Assembly: GCF_044704955.1 (NCBI RefSeq) | Contig: NC_091989.1 | Location: forward strand, 21,948,001 to 22,012,000 | DNA from: Pristiophorus japonicus | Taxonomy: Eukaryota | Direction: 5' to 3' | DNA length: 64,000 nucleotides | In this document: positions 12,321-25,840 of the stretch, piece by piece | Position numbering within the stretch: position 1 is the stretch's first letter | How the letters are laid out: every line of letters starts with the position of its first letter | Position numbers and translations under genes: made by a program | The notes under the pieces: model-generated | Databases searched by the model: none | What the model saw: the letters and a program-made list of their open reading frames with translations, nothing else | What the model was told of the DNA's origin: nothing

Positions 12321-14277
12321 GGACTAGAAATTAGCCAGCCTAACGCACATTTTAACGTGATTTTTTTGCATTAAAACTGCATTTTTGTTCTTAAAATAAA
12401 GTGCACAAAATTCCCCAAAGTTTAAGAATGGTGTTTTCAAAATATCGGCATTTTGCAGATTGCCATACCTTAAAAATAGGAATGCCTAAATTTGGCCATT
12501 CGGTGAACCTGTACTTGGATCAAAAAGCAACGCATAGAAAAAGCAGGCATTGCAGTCTAAGAAACGCCGGTAAGTAGTGGGGAAAATGCTTGAAACTATC
12601 ATTAAGGAAGAAATTGCGGGACATCTAGATAGGAATAGTGCAATCAAGCAGACGCAGCATGGATTCATGAAGGGGAAATCATGTTTAACTAATTTACTGG
12701 AATTCTTTGAGGATATAACGAGCATGGTGGATAGAGGTGTACCGATGGATGTGGTGTATTTAGATTTCCAAAAGGCATTCGATAAGGTGCCACACAAAAG
12801 GTTACTGCAGAAGATAGAGGTACGCGGAGTCAGAGGAAATGTATTAGCATGGATAGAGAATTGGCTGGCGAACAGAAAGCAGAGAGTCGGGATAAATGGG
12901 TCTTTTTTGGGTTGGAAATCGGTGGTTAGTGGTGTGCCACAGGGATCGGTGCTGGGACCACAACTGTTTACAATATACATAGATGACCTGGAAGAGGGGA
13001 CGGAGTGTAGTGTAACAAAATTTGCAGATGACACAAAGATTAGTGAGAAAGTGGGTTGTGTAGAGGACACAGAGATGCTGCAAAGAGATTTGGATAGGTT
13101 AAGCGAACGGGCTAAGGTTTGGCAGATGGAATACAATGTCAGAAAGTGTGAAGTCATCCACCTTGGGAAAAAAAACAGTAAAAGGGAATATTATTTGAAT
13201 GGGGAGAAATTACAACATGCTGAGGTGCAGAGGGACCTGGGGGTCCTTGTGCATATCCCAAAAAGTTAGTTTGCAGGTGTACCAGGTAATCAGGATGGCA
13301 AATGGAATGTTGGCCTTCATTGCGAGAGGGATGGAGTACAAAAGCAGGGAGGTCCTGCTGCAACTGTATAGGATATTGATAAGGCTGCACCTGGAGTACT
13401 GCGTGCAGTTTTGGTCACCTTATTTAAGGAAGGATATACTGGCTTTGGAGGGGGTACAGAGACGATTCACTAGGCTGATTCCGGAGATGAGGGGGTTACC
13501 TTATGATGATAGATTGAGTAGACTGGGTCTTTACTCGTTGGAGTTCAGAAGGATGAGGGGTGATCTTATAGAAACATTTAAAATAATGAAAGGGATAGAC
13601 AAGATAGAGGCGGAGAGGTTGTTTCCACTGGTCGGAGAGAGTAGAACTAGGGGGCACAGCCTCAAAATACGGGGGAGCCAATTTAAAACCGAGTTGAGAA
13701 GGAATTTCTTCTCCCAGAGGGTTGTGAATCTGTGGAATTCTCTGCCCAAGGAAGCAGTTGAGGCTAGCTCATTGAATGTATTCAAGTCACAGATAGATAG
13801 ATTTTTTAACCAATAAGGGAATTAAGGGTTACGGGGAGTGGGCGGGTAAGTGGAGCTGAGTCCACAGCCAGATCAGCCATGATCTTATTGAATGACGGAG
13901 CAGGCTCGAGGGGTTAGATGGCCTACTCCTGTTCCTAATTCTTATGTAAGAAGACCTACAAAAAAGGTAAGTTGAAGTTTAAAAAAATTTATTTTTTTCA
14001 GCGATTCATTTCTTAAGGCATTTGTGAATGTTTTCTCATTTTAAATTTTTTATTTTTGCAAATTTTAAGAAATTTTCTCCCCTCTATTTTTGGTGATATC
14101 GGCCTCGTTGTAAAGTTACAGACCACGGCGGTATTAAACACGATTCCTCCAGCAACGCCATTTTTTAACGACAGGGGTATTGCTTGGCCAAACTTAAAAA
14201 ATGCCGAAATTTTTCTTTTTTCTTCACAAAAATGACGCTTTTTATCAAATAATGACAGGCTAGGGAATTTCTAACCC
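12321..14277. mobile_element. Harbinger-type MITE containing a CR1 insertion
   Basis: Degenerate inverted termini GGACTAGAAATT / AATTTCTAACCC; 3-bp target duplication CAA on both sides. Confidence 0.7.
12574..13947 (+). mobile_element. 5'-truncated CR1 (TTCTTATG-tail subfamily)
   Basis: RT ORFs 12577-13269 and 13199-13816; same subfamily as 61555-62497 and 40678-40847. Confidence 0.93.
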
Positions 14278-14849
14278 CAAGTCTCAAGTTATGAGAGATT
14301 ACACAAATTAGGGCTGTATTTCCTGGAATTTAGAAGGTTAAGGGGTGATCTGATCGAAGTTTTCAGGATATTAAGGGGAATGGATAGGGTAGATAGAGCG
14401 AAACTATTTTCACTGGTTGGGGATTCTAGGAATAGGTGGCATAGTCTTAAAAATTAGAGCCAGACTTTTCAGGAGTGAAATTAGGAAACACTTTTACACA
14501 CAAAGGGTGGTAGAAATTTGGAACTCTCTTCTGCAAACGGCAATTGATGCTAGATCAATTGTTAATTTTAAATCGGAGATTGATAGCTTTTTGTTAACCA
14601 AAGATATTAAGGAATATGGGCCAAAGGCGGGTATATGGAGTTAGATTGCAGATCAGCCATGATCTCATTGAATGCCGGAACAGGCTCGAACGGTTGAATT
14701 GCCTACTCCTGTTCCTATGTTCCAGTGTACTGTCATAGAACAGTGTGGGATGAGCACAGGGCATTGGGATTTCAGTGTACAGTTGCGGGTAAAAGAGGGG
14801 TGAGAACAATGCATTAAAATTCCCATGTCACAGATTGATGATATGGACG

Positions 14850-15340
14850 CAGGGATCGTGAATTACGATGAACCCATACCCGTTCATTGCACTGTAGGTA
14901 GCATGTTAAAGTAATGTTACTTGCTGATTTCCATGATTGCTGCATGCAGCCAGTGCTACCTGCACTGTTCATTGGTTGCACGCATCAGCAGGGGTCCTTT
15001 ATCGCAAGTGGCTAGCGCTACTTAAAGGTAACCTGCACCTCTTAAAGGGAGGTACGTTAGAAGTGGTGTCAGGAGGTGAATTGATTTTGAAGAATTTTGT
15101 CATGGTGGCTCATCCTTTGAGAGAGCATGCATGAAGGTTTTCTGATGATGCACTGGAGGTCTTGATGCAGGAGGTGGAGAGAAGGAGGGACATCCTATAT
15201 CCGCAAGGGGGTAGGTAGCCCTCTAGACATGTACTCAGGAGGCACTGGAAAGAAGTAGCTGCGGAGGCCAATGCCAGTATAACTCCAATAACATGGATGC
15301 AGTGCAGGAAGAAGTTTAATGATCTGACATGAGTTATCAA
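14850..15340 (+). pseudogene. Remnant of an old Harbinger Myb/SANT-like gene, exon 1
   Basis: RFSDDALEVLMQEVERRRDILY...HWKEVA...TWMQCRKKFNDL with in-frame stops; similar to 37636-37878. Confidence 0.75.
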
Positions 15341-15341
15341 G

Positions 15342-18300
15342 ATAAGAACATAAGAAATAGGAGCAGGAGTACGCCATTTTGCCCCTTCACCTTACTCCGC
15401 CATTTAATAAGATCATGGCTGATCTGATCATGGAATAAACTCCACTTCCCTGCCCATTCCCCATAACCCTTTATTCCCCTATCGTTCAAAAATCTGTCCA
15501 TCTCTGCCTTAAATATATTCAATGACCCAGCCTCCACAGCTCTCTGGGGTAGAGAATGCCACAGATTTACAACTCTTTGAAAAATAAATTCCTCCTCATC
15601 TCAGTTTTGAATGGGTGACCCTTTATTCTGAAACTATGTGCCCTAGTTCTAGATTCCCCTATGAGTGGAAATATCCTCTCTGCATCTACCTTGTATTAGC
15701 TTGTATGTTTTGATAAGACCACCTCTCTTTCTTCTGAACTCCAATGAGTATAGGCCCAACCTACTCAACCTATCTTCATAAGTCAACCCCGTCATCTCCG
15801 GAATCAACCTAGTGAACTTCTCTGAACAGCCTCCAATGCAAGTATATCGTTTCTTAAATATGGAGACCAAAACTATACGCAGTACTCTAGCCTCACCCTG
15901 TACAGTTGTAGCAGGACTGCTCTGCTTTTATATGCCACCCTCCTTGCAATAAAGGCCAACATTCCATTTGCCTTCTTGATTACTTGCTGTACCTGCATTC
16001 TAATGTCTTGTGCTTAATGCACAAGGACCCCCAGGTCTCTCTGTACTGCAGCATTTTGTAATTTTTCTCCATTTAAATAATAATTTGCTTGTTTATTTTT
16101 TCTGAAAAAGTGAATAACCTCACACTTTCCCACATTATACTCCATCTGCCAAATATTTTCCCACTCACTTAGCCTGTGTATATCCCTTTGCAAATTTTTT
16201 GTGTCCTCCTCACAGCTCGCTTTCCCACCCATCTTTGTATCATCAGCAAACTTGGCTACATTACACTCGGTCCCTTCATCCAAGTCATTAATATAGATTG
16301 TAAATAGTTGAGGCCCCAGCACCGATCCCTGTGGCACCCCACTAGTTACTGTTTGCCAACCGGAAGATGACCCATTTATCCCAACTCTCTGTTTTCTGTT
16401 AGTTAGCCAATGCTCTATCCATGCTAATATATTATCCCCAAACTTGTGAACTTTTATATTGTGCAGTAACCTTTTATGTGGCACCTTATCGAATGCCTTC
16501 TGGAAATCCAAATACACCACATCCACTGGTTCCCCCCTATCCACCCTGTTCGTTACATCCTCAAAGAACTCCAGCAAATTTGTCAAACATGATTTCTGTT
16601 ACGTATGAAGAAATACTGTGAGCTCAAAGTAAAGTGTGACCTTAATCTTTTATTGCAGGTCTCCAGAGTGCCTCTCCAACCTGTGAGGCCTCCTTAAATA
16701 CCTGTGCTCCCAAGGGATTATGGATCCCTTGGGACTCCAGGGGATGAGCCCTCTGGTGGCTGAACAGGGTATATACAAGTTTACATATATAACAACACTC
16801 CCGCCCCAAAGTCAACAGTGTAACTATTTATAATGTGAGTCGATCTGGGGCCCTTCTTGCCCTGGTTGATCGTCTCGGGGCAATTGCTGGTATTGGTGAA
16901 TCATCTATTGGGCCCTCACTGGGCTGCTGTGCAGCTGACCTTGCTGGGCTGCCTGGTGTGGTGAGTCCTGCTGGGCTGCTGTGGATGATGGGTTCTGCTT
17001 CGTGGCCAACCGCGGTGTCGGTTGCCACTGGTGTGTGTGTTCGGGGGGGTCAAAGAAGGTAGGGTCCAAAGTAGGTTGCTCAGGATAGTCCATGAATCGA
17101 GTTTGATTTGGTCCAAGTGTTTCCGGTGAATGAGTCCATTTGAAAGTTTGACCCGAAATACCTTGCTCCCCTCTTTGGCCACAACAGTGCCGGGAAGCCA
17201 CTTGGGACCTTGTCCATAATTCAATACAAATACAGGATCATTGATTTCAATCTCGCGTGACACATTTGCGCTATCATGATATGTACTTTGCTGAAGCCGC
17301 CTGCTCTCTACCTGTTCATGTAGATCAGGGTGAACTAACGAGAGCCTTGTCTTGAGTGCCCTTTTCTTGAGCAGTTCAGTGGGTGGAATCCCCGTGAGCG
17401 AATGGGGTCTCGTGCGGTAGCTAAGCAGGACTCAGAATGGGCGAGTCTGCAGTGAGTCTTCCGTTACCCTCTTCAAGCCCTGCTTGATGGTTTGCACTGC
17501 TCTCTCTGCCTGACCATTGGATGCTGGTTTAAATGGGGCAGATGTAACATGTTTGATCCCGTTGTGGGTCATGAATTCTTTGAACTCTGTACTGGTAAAA
17601 CATGGCCCGTTGTCGCTCACAAGGACATCGGGCAGGCCGTGCATGGCAAACATGGCCCGCAAGCTTTCAGTGGTGGCAGCGGACATGCTTACCGACATTA
17701 TCTCACAGTCAATCCATTTGGAGTACGCATCTACAACCACAAGGAATATTTTACCCAAGAACGGGCCTGCATAGTCGACATGGACCCTAGACCACGGTTT
17801 GGGGGGCCATGACCATAAACTTAGTGGCGCCTCCCTGGGCGCGTTGCTTAACTGTGAGCGTGTGTTACATTTGTGCACGCAGGACTCTTAAGTCCGCATG
17901 ATACCTGGCCACCACACATGAGATCTGGCTATCGCTTTCATCATTACGATGCCTGGGTGGGTACTGTGGAGGTCACTGATGAAGGTGTCTCTACCCTTCT
18001 TGGGGACCACTACCCGATTGCCCTACAGACGGCAATCTGCCTGTACAGACATTTCATCTTTGCGCAGCTGGTACGGCTTTATCTCTTCCTGCATTTTCAC
18101 TGGGACACTGGGACACCCGTGAAGCACACAGTTTTTAACTAGGGACAGTAAGGGGTCCTGACTCGTCCAGTTTCTAATCTGTCGGGCTGTGACGGATGAT
18201 TGCTCACTCTCAAATGCTTCCATAACCATGACTACTTGTGCGGGCCTACTGAGAGCATCGGCACAGTTTTCTGTGCCTGGCCTGTATGCGGACAACCTAA

Positions 18301-21241
18301 GCGCCCATCTCTGGATCTGGACCGATGCATTAGTATTTATCCCCTTACTCTCGGAAAACAGGGATATAAGTGGCTTATGGTCAGTTTCCAATTCAAATTT
18401 TAGCCCAAACAGGTATTGATGCATTTTCTTTACCCCATGAACACATGCTAATGCTTCTTTTTCAATCATGCTGTAGGCTCTCTCAGCCTTGGACAGACTT
18501 CTGGATGCATAAGCAACTGGTTGCAATTTCCCAAAATCATTAGCTTGTTGCAATACACACCTGACGCCGTACAACGACGCATCACATACTAGTACCAAAT
18601 GCTTACATGGATTATACAACACGAGCAATTTGTTTGAGCATAACAATTTTCTAGCTTTTACAAAGGCATTTTCTTGGCTTTTACCCCAAACCCATATGAC
18701 CCCTTTATGCAGTAAGGCGTGCAGTGGTTCTAACAGAGTGCGGAGACCCAGTAAGAAGTTACCAAAGTAGTTCAGGAGTCCTAGAAACGACTGCAGCTCT
18801 GTCACGTTCTGTGAACTTGGTGCGTTCTCGATTGCCTCAGTCTTCGAATCGGTGGGGGCCTGATGCTGTCCATCGCAATCCTCCTCCCCAGGAACACCAC
18901 ATCAGCCACCAGGAAAACACACTTTGAGCGATTTAATCTGAGCCCCACGTGGTTGAGTCGAGTAAGAACCTCCTCCAGTTTCTGTAGATGCTCGACTGTG
19001 TCCCGACCTGTAACCAAGATGCCACCCTAGAAGACCACTGTGCGCGGGACCGGCTTCAATAAGCTTTCCATGTTTCCCTGGAATATCGCTGCGGCTGATC
19101 GAATTCCATCTGTTATAAATGAAGAGACCTTTGTGCGTGTTGATGCAGGTGAGGCCCTTCGATGATTCCTCCAGCTCCTGCATCATGTAGGCTGAGGTCA
19201 AGTCCAGCTTCGTGAATGTCTTTCTTTCTGCCAGCATTGTAAAAAGGTTGTCGGCCTTTGGTAATGGGTATTGGTCCTGCAGGGAAAAACAATTGGTAAT
19301 TACTTTGTAATCACCACAGATTCTGACGGTGCCGTCTCCCTTGAGGACTGGAACGATCAGGCTGACCCACTCGTTGAATTTGATTGGTGAAATGATGCCC
19401 TCTCTTTGCAGCCGGTCTAGCTCGATCGCTACCCTTTCTCTCATCATGTACGGTACTGCTCTCGCCTTGTGATGAATGGGTCGTGCCCCCGGAATTAGGT
19501 GGATCTGCACTTTTGCTCCTTGGAATTTCCCGATGCCTGGTTCGAACAGCGAAGGGAACTTGTTTAAGACCTGGGCAGACGAAGTGTCGTCAGCGGGCGA
19601 GAGCGCTTGGATGGTGTCCCAGTTCCAGCGTATCTTTCCCAGCCAGCTCCTGCCGAGCAGCGTGGGACCATCGCCCGGTACCAGCCAGAGCGATAGCTTG
19701 TGCACCGCTCCATCGTAGGAGACCTTTACAGTAGCACTGCTGATTATGGGAATCAATTCTTTTGTATAAGTTCTTAGTTTCGTGCGAATTGGAGTCAAGA
19801 CTGGCCTTGAGGCCTTGCTGCAGCACAATTTTTCGAAAGTCTTTTTGCTCATGATGGACTGGCTCGCGCCCGTGTCCAGCTCCATTGATACCGGGAGTCC
19901 ATTTAGTTCAACCTTCAGCATTATCGGGGGACACTTCGTGGTAAATGTGTGCCTCCCATGTACCTCTGCCTCCTCGGTCTGAGGCTCTGGTTCATCGTGA
20001 TCCATCGTGGATCTGTCCTCCTCTGCAACATGGTGGTTTTCAGGATTAAAAGGGTTTGCAGCTCGCCCGCACATACATTGGAGGTGTCCCATTGTTTCAT
20101 AGCCCTTGCAAACGTACCCTTTGAAGTGGCATGAATGGAAATGATGATCACCCCCGCAGCGCCAACAAGGTCTTAATGGCCTTACATTCATCACCCTTGA
20201 TGGTGGACTCTGAGACATCTGCGTGCGTGCAGCTGCAGGCATGTGGGACCTGCCCTGGACGTTGCGATTTGAAAACAACATCACTTTGTTCACAGTACTT
20301 GTAGCAGCACTTGTGTGCTGGGAGTTTGCTTAGTATTGTCACTTGTGCAATGAACGCCTGGGCTATCACTATGGCCTTACCCAAGGTTGGGGTCTCTACA
20401 GTCAAAAGTTTGTGAAGTATCATTTCATGACCAATGCCAAGTACAAAAAAATCTCTGAGTATGTGCTCCAAATGTCCTTCAAATTTGCAATGTCCTGCAA
20501 GGCGTCTTAACTCAGCGACATAACTCACCACTTCCTGGCCTTCGGACCTTTTGTCAGTGTAGAACCGGTACCTCACCATCAGAACGCTTTCCTTTGGGTT
20601 CAGATGCTCCCGGACCAGTGTGCACAAATCATCGTATGATTTCTCTGTAGGTTTCGCTGGAGCAAGCAGATTTTTCATGAGGCCATACGTTGGTGTCCTG
20701 CAGACGGCGAAGAGAATCGCCCTACATTTGGCAGCGTTCCCTTCTCTTCCAGCTTGTTGGCCACGAAGTATTGGTCGAGTCGCTGCACGAAGGTTTCCCA
20801 ACATCTCCCTCCGAAAATTTCTCCAGGATACCCACTGTTCTCTGCATCATTGGGTTCGTTATCTGTATCTTGTCACCAGTTATTATGTATGAAGAAAGAG
20901 TCTGACCGGATACTGTGAGCTCAAAGTAAAGTGTGACCTTAGTCTTTTATTGCAGGTCTCCAGAGTGCCTCTCCAACCTGTGAGGCCTCCTTAAGTACCT
21001 GTGTTCCCAAGGGATTATGGGATCCCTTGGGACTCCTCTGGTGGCTGTACAGGGTATATACAAGTTTACATATATAACAATTTCCCTTTCATAAAACCAT
21101 GCTGACTCTGCTTGACTGAATTATGCTTTTCCAAATGTCCTGCTACTGCTTCCTTATTAATGGACTCCAGCATTTTCCCAATGACAGATGTTCGGCTAAC
21201 TGGTCTATAGTTTCCTGCTTTCTGGCTGCCTCCTTTTTTAA
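15342..21241 (-). mobile_element. 5'-truncated CR1, interrupted by Gypsy-2
   Basis: Tail at 15342, RT motifs 16014-16586; resumes at 21080 (QHGFMKGKSC joins across the insertion). Confidence 0.9.
16597..21079 (-). mobile_element. Gypsy-2 LTR retrotransposon (Mag-like), full length, decayed
   Basis: LTRs 16597-16794 and 20881-21079; 5-bp target duplication ATTTC; gag with two CCHC knuckles, protease, RT, RNase H, integrase. Confidence 0.96.
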
Positions 21242-21655
21242 GAGGTGGCTACAGATATAGTGAATGCATTGGTTTTGATCTTCCAGAAATCCTTTGACTC
21301 TAGAATGGATCCTGTAGATTGGAAGGTAGCAAATGTAACAGCACTGTTCAAGAAAGGAGGGAGAGAGAAAACAGAGAACTACAGACCAGTTAACCTGGCA
21401 TCATTAATAGGGAAAATGCTAGAATGTATTATTAGTGGTATGGTAACAGAACTTAGAGAATCATAATATCTTTGGGAAGAGTCAACACAGATTTATTAAA
21501 GGGAAATCGTGTTTGACAAATCTGTTAACGTTTTTGAGGTTGTAACTAGCAGGGTAGATAAAGGAGAACTAGTGGATGTAGTGTATTTGGATTTTCAAAA
21601 ATCATTCGATAAGGTGCCTCACAAGAGGTTATTACACAAAATTAAGGCTCAAGGG
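21242..21655 (+). mobile_element. CR1 ORF2 fragment
   Basis: [25 protein letters not shown]...DFQKSFDKVPH. Confidence 0.85.
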
Positions 21656-21713
21656 AGTTCATTTCATCAATGACTGAACTATGAGAAGACTGAGTACGGT
21701 GATTGTTAAGTTT

Positions 21714-22015
21714 GATTTTTTTTTTATTTGTTCATGGGATGTAAACATTGCTGACAAGGCCAGCATTTATTGTACATCTCTAATTGCTCTGGAACCATTG
21801 CAGTTTGTGTGGTGAAGGTACTCCTATAGTGTTGTTAGGGAGAGACTTCCAAGATTTTGACCCAATGACTATGAAGAAACGGCGATCTATTGCCAAGTGA
21901 GGAGGGTGTGTGACTTGGAGGGGAACTTGGAGGTGATGGTGTTCCCATGCGCCTGCTGCCTTTGTCCTTCTAGGTGATAGTGATCATGGGTTTAGGAGGT
22001 GCGGTCGAAGAAGCT
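21714..22015 (-). mobile_element. LINE 3' end, probably the WADKWQ family
   Basis: Poly-T run (poly-A on the minus strand) followed by sequence I recognise as a common shark LINE 3' end. Confidence 0.55.
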
Positions 22016-22184
22016 ATCCCATTGTTTTGACATTCATGGCCTTTACGCGGGATAACCACGAGACGATTCCTCAGAGGATCTCATTCTTTCTGATGGTCCA
22101 CCATTACAGGACCTACAGCCATGCACCAGAGCAGATACTCGCACTTCAGTAGCACCAGTTAGAGAGTTAGTTGGGTTTTCACCT

Positions 22185-22640
22185 GTTGGCAGTCTACCAT
22201 CTGAGCCAGAACGTTGTGGGTTGAAGTGGCTGTTCCACAGACTTGGGCACATAATCTAGGCTGACATTTCAGGGCAGTACTGACGAAAGGTGATGCTGTC
22301 TTTCAGATGACGTTAAACTGAAGGCCCATCTGTCCATTGAGTAATCATTGAATCATAGATCATGGATGAAAAAGATCCCATGGCACTATTTGAAGAAAAG
22401 CAGGGGAGTTCTCTTAGTGATCTGGCCAATATTAATCCCATCACTAAGATCACTTAAAACAGATTATCTGGCCATTTATCACAATCATGTTTGTGAGACC
22501 TTGCTGTGCACAAATTGGCTGCTGCATTTCCCTCCATTACAAGAGTGACTACAATTCAAAAGTACTTAATTGGCTGTGAATCGCTTTGGAACATCCTGGT
22601 ATTGTGAAAGATACTATATACATGCAAGCTCTTTATTTCA
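22185..22640 (+). mobile_element. tRNA-derived DeuSINE (SacSINE1-like)
   Basis: Degenerate B-box head, Deu-domain motifs AAAGATCCCATGGCACTATTTGAAGAA and TGGCCAATATT, L2-like tail. Confidence 0.7.
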
Positions 22641-23516
22641 TTCATGAAGTTCATGAAACAACTAAATATGTTTTGGGAGATAGAGATTAAGGAATTGGTG
22701 AGAAGGTAAAGTTGCGATCAACCATAAACCAAATGGCCTTTCTCTGGGCTCAATTTTCCCCAGTGATTTGTGCCGTTTTTTTTGGCACACACTGCTTTTT
22801 TTGGCGTAAGTTTTAAAAATTTACGTTTCCCCAATGAATGTGCGCCAGCGTAACTCAGTTGGTTATGATTTTTTTCCGTTAGTTTCTTTTCGTGTCATGG
22901 GGTGTAACCTGATGTCTGTGCCAGGTTTTCTCAATTATGTAAGTTTGCTCAAAAAAAATGTCTCCTAGGTTGGCGTATGCGACTGCTCCCGAAAAACCAG
23001 CGCGCGCTGAAAAATCGCCGCAGAATGTTTTGGAGCGAGCGAAGAACACATAAATATGCATAATAAAGATTTTTTTCTTTTACTTTAGTTTGATGGAGTT
23101 TTGTAAGTTTTCATTTTTATTAAATTGACACGCCACACCGAACATCTGCAAACAGGGTTCGAGGGTCGGAGCGTCGGCTGGCAGAATCTGATACTTGCCC
23201 GGACACAGGGGTTCGACTTCAAAAGAAGTCCGAGGGAGGTGGGGAGCTGCAGAAGGCATACGGAAGGCATCAGAAGCCTTCACCACCCATCAAATCAAAC
23301 CCGGGTTGGTGGGGGGCTGTGGAAGGCATATGGAAGGCATCAGAAGCCTTCACTTCGCATCAAATGTAGTCCGGGAGGTTGGGGGTGGAGTGTTCCTGAT
23401 CACTGCGCCTGCTCAGACCTGGGTGTGGTCCATACAGGCCTTGTGAGGAGAGGGAACAAAGAACCTTGTCCTGCCTGCCTGCTGTTTCGAGCTTCTTGCA
23501 AAGATAAAATTTAATC

Positions 23517-25668
23517 ATGGGGGCAATACCCACCATGCCATAACTTGTGCCAGCCTTCTGCATGATGGTGCTGCGGAGGAGACAATTGATTTGACGTCTT
23601 CACATGAGGATCCTCAGAGCACGTAGGGTGATGGGCAGGAGGCCTTACCCACATTGGGTATATCGAGACAGGCATTCGTACCTGCACCTGAGTGATGCAG
23701 ACTGTGTCAAGAAAGTTGCATTTCCGCAAAGAAACATAGAAAATAGGTGCAAGAGTAGGTCATTCAGCCCTTCGAGCCTGCACCGCCATTCAATAAGATC
23801 ATGGCTGATCATTCCTTCAGTATCCCTTTCTTGCTTTTTCTCCATACCCCTTGACCCCCTTAGCCGTAAGGGCCATATCTAATTCCCTCTTAAATATATC
23901 CAATGAACTGGCATCAATCACTCTCTGCGGCAGGGAATTCCACAGGTTAACAACTCTCTGAGTGAAGAAATTTCTCCTCGTCTCAGTTCTAAATGGCCTA
24001 CCCCTTATCCTAAGGCTATGTGCCCTGGTTCTGGACTTCCTCAACATCGGGAACATTCTTCCCACATCTAACCTGTCCAGTCCCGTCAGAATCTTATACG
24101 TTTCTATGAGATCCCTTCTCATCCTTCTGAACTCCAGTGAATAAAGGCCCAGTTGATCCAGTCTCTCCTCCTATGACAGTCCAGCCATCCCTGGAATCAG
24201 TCTGGTGAACCTTCGCTGCACTCCCTCAATAGCAAGAACGTCCTTCCTCAGATTAGGAGACCAAAACTGAACACAATATTCCAGGTGAGGCCTCACTAAG
24301 GCCCTGTACAACTGCAGTAAGATCTCCTTGCTCCTATACTCAAATCCCCTAGCTATGAAGGCCAACATACCATTTGCCTTCTTTACTGCCTGTTGTACCT
24401 ACATGCCCACTTTCAGTGACTGATGAACCATGACACCCAGGTCTCGTTGCACCTCCCCTTTTCCTAATCTGCCGCCATTCAGATAATATTCTGCCTTCGT
24501 GTTTTTGCCCCCAAAATGGATAACCTCACATATATCCACATTATACTGCATCTGCCATGCATTTGCCCACTCACCTAACCTGTCCAAGTCACCCTGCAGC
24601 CTCTTAGCGTCCTCCTCACAGCTCACACCGCCACCCCGTTTAGTGTCATCTACAAACTTCTTGTAGCTGAGATCTGTGAGTTAGTAAAAGCAGACCCTCA
24701 ACCTAGAAGTGTCAGGAGAACTGCTTTGTCAGTTGAAGTGAAGGTTACAGCTGCACTTTCATTTTATGCATCTGGATCGTTCCAAGCTACAACTGGGGAT
24801 GTGTGCTCTATTTCTCAACATGCAACACATTTCTGCGTTCGGCAGGTGACTGCTGCACTATATGCCCGGAGGAATGACTACATAAAGTTTCCCATGACCA
24901 CCCAGGCAATGCATAATAGGGCTGTGGGCTTCTCCAGGATTGCTGGCTTTCCCAAGGTACAGTGCTGCATTGATTGTACCCACATCGCCTTGCGAGCACC
25001 TTTTAGAGGATTCCGAGATGTACAGGAACAGAAAAGACTTCCACTCCATTAATGTGCAGCTTGTGTGTGACGACATGCATCGCATCATGTCAGTTGATGC
25101 AAGATACCCTGGGAGCACCCATGATGCGTTCATCCTACATGAGAGCATTATATCTGCCACGTTTCAGCAGCAGGCAGAAGGGCACAGCTGGCTATTGGGA
25201 GACCAAGGTTACGGCCTTGCCACCTGGCTCATGATGCCCCTACGCGTAACCCGGACGGAAGCTGACCGGGAATACAACATGTCGCACTTTGCAACGCGCA
25301 GCATAATAGAGAGGACCATTGGCACCTTGAAACAGCGTTTCCGATGCCTGGACCATTCCGGAGGCTACTTGCAATACTCCCCTGAGATTGTTGGTTTGTT
25401 CACTGTTGTGTTTTGCATGCTGCATAACTTAGCCATCATGAGGGAGCAGCAGCTGATAGTAGAAGACCCACCTGAGGTGAGAGTGGCTGATGATAATGAT
25501 GAGGAAGATGCAGATGATGATGATGAGGAGGAGGAGGACGAGGATGAGGAAGCCATGCAACTACCTGAACCCGGAGCATGACAGCGGAGGAGAGCGGGCC
25601 GTCATTCCCCTTTAACGATTGCTCGAGTCTTGCGTCAGCAGCTCATCTGTGAATGTTTTGCTGCCTGA
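23517..25668 (+). pseudogene. Harbinger-A DDE transposase, split by a CR1 and frameshifts
   Basis: KVTAALSFYASGSFQ, IDCTHI, YPGSTHDA, LLGDQGY, IIERTIGTLKQRFRCL, acidic C-terminal tract. Confidence 0.92.
23730..24660 (-). mobile_element. 5'-truncated CR1 inside the Harbinger transposase
   Basis: ORF2 C-terminal motifs and tail; target FRKE|VVAEIC rejoins across it. Confidence 0.92.
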
Positions 25669-25840
25669 AGGCTCAGTGGCAACTATTCCACATGGACCAA
25701 GTTTACTGTTTGGAGCTGTTCCATAATTTTGTGTTGTGTTAATGGAACAAATAATGGAAATTATTCTGTTTACTTCAAATGTTGTGTTAATAATGGAACA
25801 AATAAAGTAAATGATTCAGTTATAATTTAAAATGATAACT

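Larger units (their letters stand above)
12018..14722 (+). mobile_element. Old CR1 ORF2 C-terminus and 3' tail, interrupted by a MITE
   Basis: [29 protein letters not shown]; tail GCCTACTCCTGTTCCTATGTTCC. Confidence 0.85.

Noticed and set aside
21080-21655. Twin-priming 5' inversion of the 15342-21241 CR1
   Set aside because: The two pieces overlap in ORF2 coordinates and differ in sequence, so they are separate copies
22020-22175. Possible small exon after CATTACAG
   Set aside because: Weak acceptor, short, and no recognisable peptide
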